The notes: generated from the sequence alone by a model not told the origin. Counted from the stretch's first letter, positions 9,362 through 18,830 are shown. The stretch: DNA of 64,000 bases from an uncultured Spirochaetota bacterium (GCA_963781885.1 CAWAHW010000001.1:416001-480000); one strand, 5' to 3'. Translations and numbers: made by a program.

Positions 9362-11629
9362 CTACCGCGCTCGCAGGGGTTCACCATACAACTTTTCAAT
9401 CGAATCTGCAATTTCAGTCTCAAAGCTGTCGAGCGTTTGCGCGGCAGTCTCGACGGACTCGCAAGCGGAGAGGTACATCAGGGTTTGTGCCATGACGACA
9501 ACGCGAACGTCGTTCCTGCTAAGCCTCCGATCTGATCGGCGAAGACGTTCTACCTGATCCGCGGCTCTTGAGACAGCCTGCTCTTGGAGGCTTTGGTCCC
9601 AACACCTAAGGTCCGTCTGCGACCGCTTTCTACACACTATGATGATGTCTATATCAATCGGCTCTTTCGCCAGATGCTTGGGCATGGCAACGGACATCTC
9701 AGACTTGATTGGATGAGCTGCAGTGATAACGAATCCTCCCTCCATGATCGCTGTGAGGACGGATCGCCAACCATCGGGTCTTGAGTGGTGGTAAGTGAAG
9801 ATCAAGACGCCATTATCCTTTAGAACACGATGACATTCCTTCCACACTGCTGTGAGTCGGCTCGTGAATATCGCGGCATCTTCGTTCTGCACCTCGCTTT
9901 CTAAGCGCGTGGAACTGTCGACCATGTGACCATTGGCACCGGAAATGTGTCGCTGCCAGACATGGAAGAAGTCGGCAAGTTGCGAGTAGTGAACATTGTC
10001 GAAAAAAGGGGGATCCGTGACTACTGCGTCGACGGATTTCTCCGCTATTTCGGTCTGGCTGGAGTCCCCGCAAGACAGATATACGCGCCCGCCTGATTCA
10101 AATGCACGGTATTCCTCTTCGATAGGAAAACCGATCTTTTCGGACAACCCGAAGACTTTCCTGCTGCCGTGCTTCTGAGCTACGCCATCCACAACTATTT
10201 CAAATGGGTTCTCCGCATATCTCATCGCTCGTCGGATTCTTCCCTCGAACAGAGTGGAAAACGAGCCCGAACTCTTGGGCGTTCCCCAGAGATTTGCCTC
10301 AAGCGGAACGCGCTCCGGCTTCAAAATGTGATGAGCAAACATGTGTCGGACAGCGCCAGTGCCTTCGCCTTTGTAGGACGCGAACATATTGTTGAACTCA
10401 AGCACGCCCGACAACAGACAAACGAACAAATCCCGCATCGCTGGCTCAGGAATTGCCCTGATTCTATCCGCCAAGATCGAGATACACAGAAGTTGCCGCG
10501 CATTGAACATTTCGTGCCAAAAGCGATAGTTGTACCCAAGGGCTTGGTTCGTATTGTACCCTGGAGCAATAGCGACTATCGGATAAGCGTCCTTCCTTTT
10601 TTTCAGTTCCTCTTCCGCCTCTGCGTACAGCAACGAGTCTTCTCCTGTAGCTTGGAGGTACATTTTCGATCCGTTTGGCATAAGAACAAGTTTGGCGAAC
10701 AAACGATGTCGCGGGACATGACCGTTGTTGCGAACCGTTCGCGCGATTTGAAAGACTCCATGACAGGAGGGACAAGTCGCTAGCTGTCCGGCCACGGGGC
10801 CATGCTGCGGATTGAATGAAACGGCGCATCTTGAGCAGGCTGCCTCTGTGGAATCGAAGTTCACCCGATTGACGGCTCCGCAGTTCGGGCAAAGTGCCTG
10901 CGCGTCGGGATATCTCCTTGGGTAAGCGTGCTGCGCAAAAACGTATGAAGAGAATAGATCAACGGAGTAAGAGCACAGTGGGCAGTCAATGGTTTTGACC
11001 CAAAAGAAGTAAAGAACATCGACTTTTTGGCCAGTTGGCAGTTTGGACTTGTAGTAGCGTCCGATCTGATCCGCCACTGCTTCTTCTATCTCGAGAAATG
11101 TCGCCGTGATTCGGGAGCTGTCGTGAATCGAGAGTGCGTTGCGCACCATGAAGAAGGAGACAGGATTGATATCTCGTCCGATCACACGCATTCCAAGCTT
11201 TAGTGCCTCAACAAGAGTAGTCCCACTACCCATGAACGGATCGAAGATGACAGCCTGTTTGGTGCTAGTTGCAGAGTAGAAAAGCTTGAGAATATCAGCG
11301 CCTTTGGGAGCGAACGTGGCAACCAAGATAGCCCTGAAGACCGTCCCGAGACGCTGCGCCCACCATTTGTGAATATGAGAAAGCGGCCGGTTGATCTCCT
11401 TACGCCAGCTCTCGATCTCTGCGATCTGACTCAATGCGTCAAATGGGAACGAGATTTCCTCAATCGCAGGAGCCTTGGGCGCAAAAGGAAGTTGCAAGAG
11501 GTCCTCGTCAGTGATCAAGTCTGGCTGTATAGGGCTTGCCAATTTGTAACCGACTCTCCTTTTATTCAAGATACAACGGGCACGAGTGTCTCTGCGCTTG
11601 AGTATCCCAGTTTCGACTATGAGGTTCAA
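9362..11629 (-). CDS. amino-DNA methyltransferase (DUF1156-like, Zn-ribbon insert)
   Basis: HKWWAQRL, motif I DPFMGSGTT, four CxxC pairs, motif IV DPPF. True start may be the TTG at 11542. Confidence 0.9.
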   Translation of the reverse strand: MNLIVETGILKRRDTRARCILNKRRVGYKLASPIQPDLITDEDLLQLPFAPKAPAIEEISFPFDALSQIAEIESWRKEINRPLSHIHKWWAQRLGTVFRAILVATFAPKGADILKLFYSATSTKQAVIFDPFMGSGTTLVEALKLGMRVIGRDINPVSFFMVRNALSIHDSSRITATFLEIEEAVADQIGRYYKSKLPTGQKVDVLYFFWVKTIDCPLCSYSVDLFSSYVFAQHAYPRRYPDAQALCPNCGAVNRVNFDSTEAACSRCAVSFNPQHGPVAGQLATCPSCHGVFQIARTVRNNGHVPRHRLFAKLVLMPNGSKMYLQATGEDSLLYAEAEEELKKRKDAYPIVAIAPGYNTNQALGYNYRFWHEMFNARQLLCISILADRIRAIPEPAMRDLFVCLLSGVLEFNNMFASYKGEGTGAVRHMFAHHILKPERVPLEANLWGTPKSSGSFSTLFEGRIRRAMRYAENPFEIVVDGVAQKHGSRKVFGLSEKIGFPIEEEYRAFESGGRVYLSCGDSSQTEIAEKSVDAVVTDPPFFDNVHYSQLADFFHVWQRHISGANGHMVDSSTRLESEVQNEDAAIFTSRLTAVWKECHRVLKDNGVLIFTYHHSRPDGWRSVLTAIMEGGFVITAAHPIKSEMSVAMPKHLAKEPIDIDIIIVCRKRSQTDLRCWDQSLQEQAVSRAADQVERLRRSDRRLSRNDVRVVVMAQTLMYLSACESVETAAQTLDSFETEIADSIEKLYGEPLRAR

Positions 11630-11782
11630 TCGCGACTGTCGTCACCTGATTGAAGGGCTCCGCTACTCGAAGCTTCTCTCGAAGCCGTAGGTGTTGACGA
11701 TCAACTCATATGCCTGGTTGAACGTCCGCCCGCACTCCCGTGTTGTCAGTAGCTCGTCGAGGGTCTTCTGTTGTTCAAGTGA

Positions 11783-12184
11783 TCATTCCGGATTTGCATT
11801 CGTGTCTTTCTGCAATGCCGGCCTGACTATAAGGAATGCATAGACCAACTGCATGTCCAGGTTTGCCTTGTCTGCATAAAATGTATCAATGGCCTTGATC
11901 ATCTTCGTGAGACTGATCTTGAAGCCTAAGAAGTTATTCCAGAATTCCTTCTCGCGCGTGGTCTCGTGATCTCGGGCTATTTCATTGGAGCTAAACATCT
12001 CAGCATAAGCAAGTTCAGCTCCTATGACATAGCACGCTTTTTCTTCCTTGCTCCAATTCAACCACTCTGAACCCGCGAAATCTCCGCCATCGTCCATCCA
12101 ACGAAGAGCAGAAATGCTGCTTTGAGCAAATCCCATTATTCCCACAAACAGAAAGAAGACAATAAGCCGACACCTTCTCTTCAT
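11783..12184 (-). CDS. secreted hypothetical protein
   Basis: AAGGAGG RBS; signal peptide MKRRCRLIVFFLFVGIMGFA. Confidence 0.75.
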   Translation of the reverse strand: MKRRCRLIVFFLFVGIMGFAQSSISALRWMDDGGDFAGSEWLNWSKEEKACYVIGAELAYAEMFSSNEIARDHETTREKEFWNNFLGFKISLTKMIKAIDTFYADKANLDMQLVYAFLIVRPALQKDTNANPE

Positions 12185-12279
12185 TTCGCTTCCTCCTTTC
12201 CTCGCACTCATTTCGTATCGTCAATTAGACAATCTGATTATACAGCCCTTTGCCGATAATGCCTATGACCCTTTTTCGC

Positions 12280-12303
12280 TAAGCTGTAAACGGGTACAGC
12301 TTA
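12280..12303. promoter_or_regulatory. operator-like inverted repeat overlapping the XRE start codon
   Basis: TAAGCTGTA-aacggg-TACAGCTTA. Confidence 0.55.
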
Positions 12304-12653
12304 TGGTTGATAAGAAACGGGCACGAAAACCGGCCAGGATCCAGGAGCTACTCGCCCGGAACATCAAAGAGGCGAGGGGCCGCTTGAAGTTGACTCAAGA
12401 GATGCTAGCCGAGAGGACCGGCCTCACCACCTCGTTCATTGGGGAGGTGGAAATTTGCAGGAAGTACCCTCGTCCGCAGACACTTCAGAAGGTTGCGGAC
12501 GCCCTTGGGCTTAAGCCGTACCAGCTATTCGTGGAAACGGAATCGAGCAAGGAACTTGAGAAGCACAAGCTTTTGGCAAGAATCCTTTTGGAGCTGAAGG
12601 GCAACATCAACCGGGAACTCGAGGCGACTTTGATGAGGCACGGCAGAGGATGA
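12303..12653 (+). CDS. XRE-family HTH regulator
   Basis: NIKEARGRLKLTQEMLAERTGLTTSFIGEVE...LQKVADALG. Confidence 0.9.
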   Translation: MVDKKRARKPARIQELLARNIKEARGRLKLTQEMLAERTGLTTSFIGEVEICRKYPRPQTLQKVADALGLKPYQLFVETESSKELEKHKLLARILLELKGNINRELEATLMRHGRG

Positions 12654-12699
12654 TCTCCTTCTGCGGCATCTCTTGATGATGAGCGCAGTGTAAGTCCTA

Positions 12700-13053
12700 C
12701 TATCGTCTCTCCCGTGGGCCGGGGAGGTAGCTCAGGATGACTCGCTCGATTTCGGAATCCATGGCCGTCCGCAGTTTCGAGAGAATCTCAGTAAGAAGAT
12801 CATACCTGTCAGAGGACTTGTCCGCACCGTCCAAGAAGAGCTGGTGGGGCTTCACTCGAAGTTCTCTGGCAATCTTCGCCAGCGACGCGGCGCTAACCCA
12901 CCTGCGGCAAGCCTCGATATCGTTCATGTGTCCGGCGGAGATGTCCGCGCGCTTTGCCAACTCCATTTGGCTGATCCCGAGCTTTTTTCGAGACTCCTTG
13001 ATGTTCTTGGCGACGAGTCTCTGGATTTCCTTTGCGGTCTGCGGATTCTCCAT
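12700..13053 (-). CDS. XRE-family HTH regulator (paralogue of the preceding gene)
   Basis: NIKESRKKLGISQMELAKRADISAGHMNDIE...KPHQLF. Confidence 0.9.
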   Translation of the reverse strand: MENPQTAKEIQRLVAKNIKESRKKLGISQMELAKRADISAGHMNDIEACRRWVSAASLAKIARELRVKPHQLFLDGADKSSDRYDLLTEILSKLRTAMDSEIERVILSYLPGPRERR

Positions 13054-13093
13054 GAGAATCCACTCTTCGTCGAAAGCTACAGTATGCCTACTT

Positions 13094-13129
13094 GCTTAGG
13101 ACGAATTGAGGATGTAGCTTAGGACGAAT
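13094..13129 (+). repeat. 13-bp direct repeat in a divergent promoter region
   Basis: GCTTAGGACGAAT at 13094 and 13117. Confidence 0.8.
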
Positions 13130-13155
13130 CACGCCAACCCGCAGGGGAGGGCCCA

Positions 13156-13830
13156 ATGGCCACGGACTCTGACTCGCTCGCGAACGCCCGGGAACTGTCG
13201 CAGCTGCTCGTCTCCAAGGCAAACGATATTCGAGGAAAGCTCGAAAACAAGGAAATCGAGAAATACTTGTTCCTGATGGATCGGTTCAAGAATTCGAACG
13301 GTCGCATCAGTCGTGACGAGGAATTCCAACGCCGCTACGGCGTCTTCTATGGCCTCTACGCGGCGCGTCTCTCCGATGATTTCAGGTCCGAGTACTTCAA
13401 GCTCATGGAGGAGTTTTCGCATAGTGCGGAAGTCGACCTGGCGGGAATCTGCAGCAAACTGAAAGAGCAGAGCGGAGGGAAGCTGCAATTCTCCTTTTGC
13501 ACGAAGATGGCCGCCACTCTGGACCCCGACTACCCCATCTATGATGTCTGCGTTGCCGAGGTATTCAGCTTTGATCCGCCGCTACCTACGAAGCAGTATG
13601 AGGAACGGGTCCAGCGCTACCTGACCTTCTACGACCACCTCCAATCAACCATCAAGGCGCTTTCCTCACGACGAGAGATTGCTCGAATGAACCCTGCGCT
13701 ACGCAGCAAGTTTCCGCAGTGGGACAACTTGTCAAGCACGAAGCAACTTGACTTTCTGATTTGGACGGCTGGCAAGCTCCGGCAGGAGGAGAAACGGCAA
13801 GAGATACGCCGCGAGGCCGGTTCGCAATGA
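13156..13830 (+). CDS. hypothetical protein, HhH DNA-glycosylase-like
   Basis: GGGAGG RBS; SFCTKMAATLDPDYPIYD and LDFLIW motifs. The CDS is likely real; the function is inferred. Confidence 0.6.
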   Translation: MATDSDSLANARELSQLLVSKANDIRGKLENKEIEKYLFLMDRFKNSNGRISRDEEFQRRYGVFYGLYAARLSDDFRSEYFKLMEEFSHSAEVDLAGICSKLKEQSGGKLQFSFCTKMAATLDPDYPIYDVCVAEVFSFDPPLPTKQYEERVQRYLTFYDHLQSTIKALSSRREIARMNPALRSKFPQWDNLSSTKQLDFLIWTAGKLRQEEKRQEIRREAGSQ

Positions 13831-14146
13831 CTGACTTCTCCTGGACCTCATGCGGAACATCCCAAAGACCCTCCTCAACGCGGCCCTCCGCCTCTCGCGC
13901 CTCCACTCTTTCTTGAAGTCTACCGGCCTGCCACGCCTGTTGACGATCACCTCGTTCCCCATCGCCTGGCACTCGGGGCAGGAGCAAGCGGGATCGTGCT
14001 CCTCGCCGTCTGACTTGAGGGGAACGCCGCGCTCATCCACGAATTCCTTACCCGTGCGCCAGCCAGCAGTCCAGGCAGTTGCATCCGGGGCCGTGGTCGC
14101 CGTTGTCGTCCCCGTCGAGTCTCACGAAGCGCTTCTCTCTCCTCAT
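13732..14146 (-). CDS. small protein with two HxPxCxCxxC knuckles, frameshifted near 14051
   Basis: ATG overlaps the recombinase stop (ATGA). HGPGCNCLDC and HDPACSCPEC join in frame if GGG is read as GG. Confidence 0.6.
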
Positions 14147-15201
14147 TCCATCCCGAGCCCCTGCAAGTATACCTGCGTTACGTTCAGCGACGCGTGCCCG
14201 AGCGCCCGCTGCACGGCCAGCACGTCGCGTGTCCGCCTGTACAGGTTCGCGGCGTACCTGTGGCGCAGGTCGTGCGCCGTGTAGGCGTGGCGGACGCGGC
14301 CTTGCTTGCGGAGCGCCGCCCCGAGTCTGGCGATGGCTGCACCGGTGCTCTGTAAGTTCCAGCCCGCGAACGGCCGCTTGTGGCCGCCCCTGAACCGCTT
14401 CAGCAGCTCGTCGGGCAGAGCCAACACCCTCGTCCCCCCGCCCTTCACTTTGAAGCTCGCCTTGTCCCCGTCCTCAAGCTTCATGCTCAACGCGTCGCCA
14501 AGGCGAAGCCCCGTCTCGCCGAGCAGTCGGACGAGCGGAAGCAGCCGCCTCGCGCTCTCCTTCATCCTCCGCGGCCCGACCGTCACCGCCTTGATCCTCT
14601 TCCTATTTGAAAGCTCGCGCAACATCTCCGCATACTCCCGGTCGCTCATCACCGGCACGGTGAGCTCATCGCTGTCCGGCTTCGGGCGGTGCTTGAACTC
14701 ATGCTGGGGGAGGGCGAGTCCCACCCACGGGTTAGTCTGCACCACCTCCGTCACCTCCAGGTACTTCCAGAACGCCGACACCGCCGCGAGGACGAGGCGC
14801 TGGGAGTTGGCCTTGAGCTTCCCTTCCCTGTGCTTGGCGGGCCTCTCCTCCAGCCACTTGCGGAACCTGTTGGCGTCCGCCCGGCCCATCTGGAGCAGCG
14901 GCAAGCCCATCATGTCCACGTACGCGAAGAGCTTGGACAACGCCAGACGGTACGCCGCCTGAGTGCGCGGCCCACGGTTCCCGTCGATCAGGAAGTCCTC
15001 CACGGCCTTCCGCCTGTTGAACTTCGCCGCCTTCACCGTCTCCGACAGCGCACCCTTCACCTTGTCCCTTCGCAAGTCCTTCAGCGCCTCGATGACCTCG
15101 TCCTTCGAGGGACTACGCTCCAGGACTGCGATCACCTCGTCAATGGCGATGGTCTCCCCGCCGTGGTCACTCCTCAACTCGATCTCGATCCACTCTTTCA
15201 T
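14143..15201 (-). CDS. second tyrosine recombinase (XerC/D- or resolvase-like)
   Basis: TGLRLGD, KVKGG, HDLRH, LGHASLNVTQVY motifs. Confidence 0.92.
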   Translation of the reverse strand: MKEWIEIELRSDHGGETIAIDEVIAVLERSPSKDEVIEALKDLRRDKVKGALSETVKAAKFNRRKAVEDFLIDGNRGPRTQAAYRLALSKLFAYVDMMGLPLLQMGRADANRFRKWLEERPAKHREGKLKANSQRLVLAAVSAFWKYLEVTEVVQTNPWVGLALPQHEFKHRPKPDSDELTVPVMSDREYAEMLRELSNRKRIKAVTVGPRRMKESARRLLPLVRLLGETGLRLGDALSMKLEDGDKASFKVKGGGTRVLALPDELLKRFRGGHKRPFAGWNLQSTGAAIARLGAALRKQGRVRHAYTAHDLRHRYAANLYRRTRDVLAVQRALGHASLNVTQVYLQGLGME

Positions 15202-15368
15202 ACAAATAATCTTAATTTATTTTATAGATAAAATCAACCCCTCACTCTTGACCACATTTCTCGGTAAACCCCCTCTTTCGCCCTTCAAGAGAATTACGTT
15301 GCTTCCGGCCAGCGAGCACCGTATTATAAGCCCCAATCCATAGGAGACATCCGACAAGGAGGAGAGCA

Positions 15369-16421
15369 ATGCTTTTCCGACTTGATGCAAAGAACCTTAG
15401 TCCAGTCGCTTTCAAAGATATCGGGACGATAGGCGGGGTAGAAAAGGACTTGGAGAACATATTGGCCGACAATATGCTTCCGACCCTCTTCGAGGATAAC
15501 CCCTATATGGTGATCTTTCAGGAAAGGGCATATCAAGCGGAACCAGACATAATTGCACTCGATCGTGCAGGCAATCTTGTGCTGATCGAAATAAAGCGAA
15601 GCTATGTGGCAGCAAATGCGCTTGAGCAGGTATTTCGATACGCGCACACCCTCTATAGGTGGAACTACGAAATCCTCCAGTCGAAGTACAACCAGTATCT
15701 TGAAGCTTTGGGGCAACCTACAATCACCTCCCTCCGCGAATGCCACAGAGAAGTGTTCGGCCTTGACTCCGCTGTCGACGAACGAGACTTTAATGGGAAT
15801 CAGAAGCTCATCATAGTTGGCAATAGCACGGACGAGGCTCTAATCAGCTATGTGGACTACTGGCGTTCGCGTGGAATCGACATCGACTTCATTCCGTATC
15901 GTATCTATGAAATAGAACACCAGCTATTCCTCGAATTCTTCGCAAAACCATACGATCTGCACTCCAACCCGTCCGATCTCAAGGGGGTCATCTTCGACTC
16001 CAATCGAAGCTACGACCCCAAAGCTTTGGAGCATATGCTGAAGAACAACAGAGTGTCAGCATTTGGTGACCGGCAGGATGCCGTATCTTGCCTCCGGCCG
16101 AACGACTTTGTGTTTCTCTCCCATAAGTTCGTTGGCGTAGTCGCTGCTGCTCAAGTAAAAAGCAGAGTGAAGAACGCTGAGACCGAAGACGGGGATGAGG
16201 AATGCTACGTTGAGGTCAAATACTTGACACCAGCAGCCGACCCAATCGACGACACCATGCCGCGAATTTCATATTCCGAAATCTACGAAGAGATTGGAAA
16301 AACCTTCTTTCATGCCCGAATCGACAAGCGACCGTTTTTGACCAAGGAGGAATCTGAGAAGCTGGTGGCGTTTATGATCAAGCGATTCGCAAGCAGAAAG
16401 AAGTCGCGCGCCCCGTCCTGA
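15369..16421 (+). CDS. NucS-like PD-(D/E)XK nuclease with a C-terminal EVE/PUA-like domain
   Basis: EKDLE...PDIIALD...LIEIKR...Q..RY; C-terminal DFVFLSHKFVGVVAAAQV; GGAGG RBS. Confidence 0.75.
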   Translation: MLFRLDAKNLSPVAFKDIGTIGGVEKDLENILADNMLPTLFEDNPYMVIFQERAYQAEPDIIALDRAGNLVLIEIKRSYVAANALEQVFRYAHTLYRWNYEILQSKYNQYLEALGQPTITSLRECHREVFGLDSAVDERDFNGNQKLIIVGNSTDEALISYVDYWRSRGIDIDFIPYRIYEIEHQLFLEFFAKPYDLHSNPSDLKGVIFDSNRSYDPKALEHMLKNNRVSAFGDRQDAVSCLRPNDFVFLSHKFVGVVAAAQVKSRVKNAETEDGDEECYVEVKYLTPAADPIDDTMPRISYSEIYEEIGKTFFHARIDKRPFLTKEESEKLVAFMIKRFASRKKSRAPS

Positions 16422-16541
16422 TCTATACCCGTGCGACGTAGCACGTGGTTGAAGCTGACACTTTATGAGGACTTGACTACGTTGTCATGCCCACTCACAG
16501 GCGCCCTGGCGAAAGGTCACCTCGTCGCGGATTTCGCAAGC

Positions 16542-16766
16542 TCACTTCTCCGTCTTCTGAGGTGTTGTCGGCGTTTTCGCCGGAGTCGAGCCACCGGTTT
16601 GGCTCTGACTGCTTGTCCCTGAAGCTGGCTGCGGTGGTGTGGCTCTCGGTGCCTGTTTCTGCTCCCCTGGCGGCAGGGGGCGCTGCTCTGGTGCGGCAAG
16701 TCTTGGAGCTTGGTCTCCTAGCGCCACCCGCTTCGATGTCTCTACAACCTTCTTCTTGTCGTTCAT
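16542..16766 (-). CDS. small Pro/Gln/Thr-rich disordered protein
   Basis: GGGAGG RBS and ATGA overlap with the upstream gene. Confidence 0.5.
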   Translation of the reverse strand: MNDKKKVVETSKRVALGDQAPRLAAPEQRPLPPGEQKQAPRATPPQPASGTSSQSQTGGSTPAKTPTTPQKTEK

Positions 16767-17335
16767 GCAAAGTCCCTCCCTAAGCTTTCCATCTCGTGGA
16801 TCGTTGACAGATTCCAGCCAATTCCAGCCTTTTTTGTCGGATTGTTCACATACGAGTATACGGCCACGGTACGAACCGCGATCTCGAAGACAAAATCAAA
16901 GGCAAAGTCCTGTGTCTCTCCGGGCTCAATCTCAACGTTCTTGGTCTCGACGATCCGATTGGAGACTCCTCGAACACCAGGCCATTGGTAGTGTCCTTGA
17001 CCGGCCTCCAGCATTTTCTGTTCGTCGAGGATGGCTTCCGGCCACGGGTTCATCTGGTAGAGCCAGGTATCAACTTCGTCCAGGCCGACCAGGACTTGAC
17101 CTTGGTTCTCAATTGTCAACGTGACCCTGAGAAATCGGTGTTGGCTGTCTATTGTCGAAGTGTAAATAGAATGAGCCAGTCTAATTCTTGGGAATTCCTC
17201 CCTCTTCTTAAAAACCGTTCGCCGGGACCAGATTGCTCCGACAATCAGGGCACCAACCGTTGTCAACGTCAGTAGCAAGTCCGCGTATGGCTTGACCTCC
17301 GTTATCCATGCCGACAACTTTCGGGTCCCTTTCAC
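16763..17335 (-). CDS. membrane-anchored hypothetical protein with a beta-sandwich domain
   Basis: N-terminal TM helix; VTLTIENQG and IEPGE motifs. Confidence 0.7.
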   Translation of the reverse strand: MKGTRKLSAWITEVKPYADLLLTLTTVGALIVGAIWSRRTVFKKREEFPRIRLAHSIYTSTIDSQHRFLRVTLTIENQGQVLVGLDEVDTWLYQMNPWPEAILDEQKMLEAGQGHYQWPGVRGVSNRIVETKNVEIEPGETQDFAFDFVFEIAVRTVAVYSYVNNPTKKAGIGWNLSTIHEMESLGRDFA

Positions 17336-17551
17336 TCTCGCTCTTGATCGATTCTACCTACACCTTCTTGGGTTGTAAACACCTTACCGTAGTCAGCCCC
17401 GGTCCCTCAATCTCCTCCCCCCTCGCCCTTCTCCAACACCGTCTTCATCACCACTGCGCCCTACCCCTCATCCAGAAAATGCCCTAGATTATGTGGATGT
17501 GGCTTTTCGCGTATTTTCTCCACCTGTAACGTTCACTCGCCTAGATCCGGC

Positions 17552-17944
17552 TCAAGGTGGGCGTCGATTGAGAAACTTCTCGATGTTTCTTTTATGTTTT
17601 TCATATATACGCTTGGCGCCCTCTTCGAAGCCGAACCTTGTCGATAGCTGAATCATATGCTCATCTGCAATTCGCTCCGCCGCGACTCTGTTGGTAGGTA
17701 GCATTCCAGGTTTCCAATTGACGACATGCCCAAGTTCATGGGCTACGACTATCGGCCAGTTTTCGTCGTCCGTATCGGTGCAGTACTCTTCGCTTATCCA
17801 TATCACAGTGGGATCGCTCGGGTTCCAGCACCCTTCGGCTTCTTTTTCGGTTCCCTCGAAACGGCGGCATTTGATCTCAAGAACACCGTATTCTTTTGCA
17901 AGGCGGTTCACTTCATTCTTGAATGCGGGCAAGCCTTTCTTCAT
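17552..17944 (-). CDS. ImmA/IrrE-like zinc metallopeptidase
   Basis: VAHELGH followed by ERIAD. Confidence 0.75.
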   Translation of the reverse strand: MKKGLPAFKNEVNRLAKEYGVLEIKCRRFEGTEKEAEGCWNPSDPTVIWISEEYCTDTDDENWPIVVAHELGHVVNWKPGMLPTNRVAAERIADEHMIQLSTRFGFEEGAKRIYEKHKRNIEKFLNRRPP

Positions 17945-18639
17945 GCTAGATCACAGTGGGCTCAATCGTGCGCCGACTGTCAACCTCCTCGGACTCCTGT
18001 TCCCTCGCGCCTCTTTCTTGGCCTTCTTCAACTGCCCTCAACGCATCTGGGAGCGCGACGAGCCCCACGGCCCAGCCTCAAGATTGCCTTATACGCCTCC
18101 CTGCTGGGCGCGCATCGCGGTCTATGATGGTAGCCCCTATGATTCCCCATCTCTCGCTTAATCCTCCCAATGAGCCCGGTTGTCGCGGGCACCGTCTTTG
18201 CTTTGGGTCGTGAGGTCGGTCACATGGACCGCCTCACCTTTGTCCTGCTCTCCTTGCTCCACCTTTTTTCTCATGCACCACGCCACACCTCAATTCCTCC
18301 ACAGCTTTACTGTCCGTCTCTTTCTCCTACTGCCTTGATAGATCCTCCCCTAGATGCCTCTTCCACAGCAAACGATCCGGTGCCACCTGCGCGCGCCGCG
18401 AACTTGGAGTGGAGAAAGTCGCATAGAGAATGATCCAAGAGGGGAAGAAAAAAGAGCTGTTCTGACGTAGTGCAGCCGCCGTCCATCCGGACACGAGCAG
18501 ATGGGAGCGCTTGGCCCTGTGCCCGAACGCCTCCGCCTACTCCAGGTTCCACTGGGGGGTTCGTAGTGAAACCCCTGGTAACACTCTCTTACGTATCCCC
18601 TTCGCGCGCGCTCACGCGCTTCGTGCTGGTCGCTTCATG

Positions 18640-18830
18640 CGCATTACTCCTTCCCAGGGTACTCCTGGAAGAGGAGAGCGAAGCGAGCACAGGGAGGCGG
18701 AGACCCGGAGAGCGCTCCGGGTCTCTACTACTTCTTTACTAAGAAGTAGTCTTCATATCACGATATTACATATGTAGGTGTACGCGGGGGTTTGACTACC
18801 TACCGGTCCGTAGTCAAACCTACCTACCCT
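18640..18830. other. hairpin cluster, putative replication or transfer origin
   Basis: Perfect stems at 18700-18725 (11 bp), 18727-18750 (10 bp) and 18789-18820 (11 bp), palindrome TACATATGTA and CTACCTACC repeats, directly downstream of the rep-like gene. Confidence 0.5.

Noticed and set aside
11663-11785. In-frame continuation after the TGA of the secreted protein (readthrough or selenocysteine)
   Set aside because: Only 39 codons, no recognisable SECIS or motif; compatible with chance or a gene remnant.
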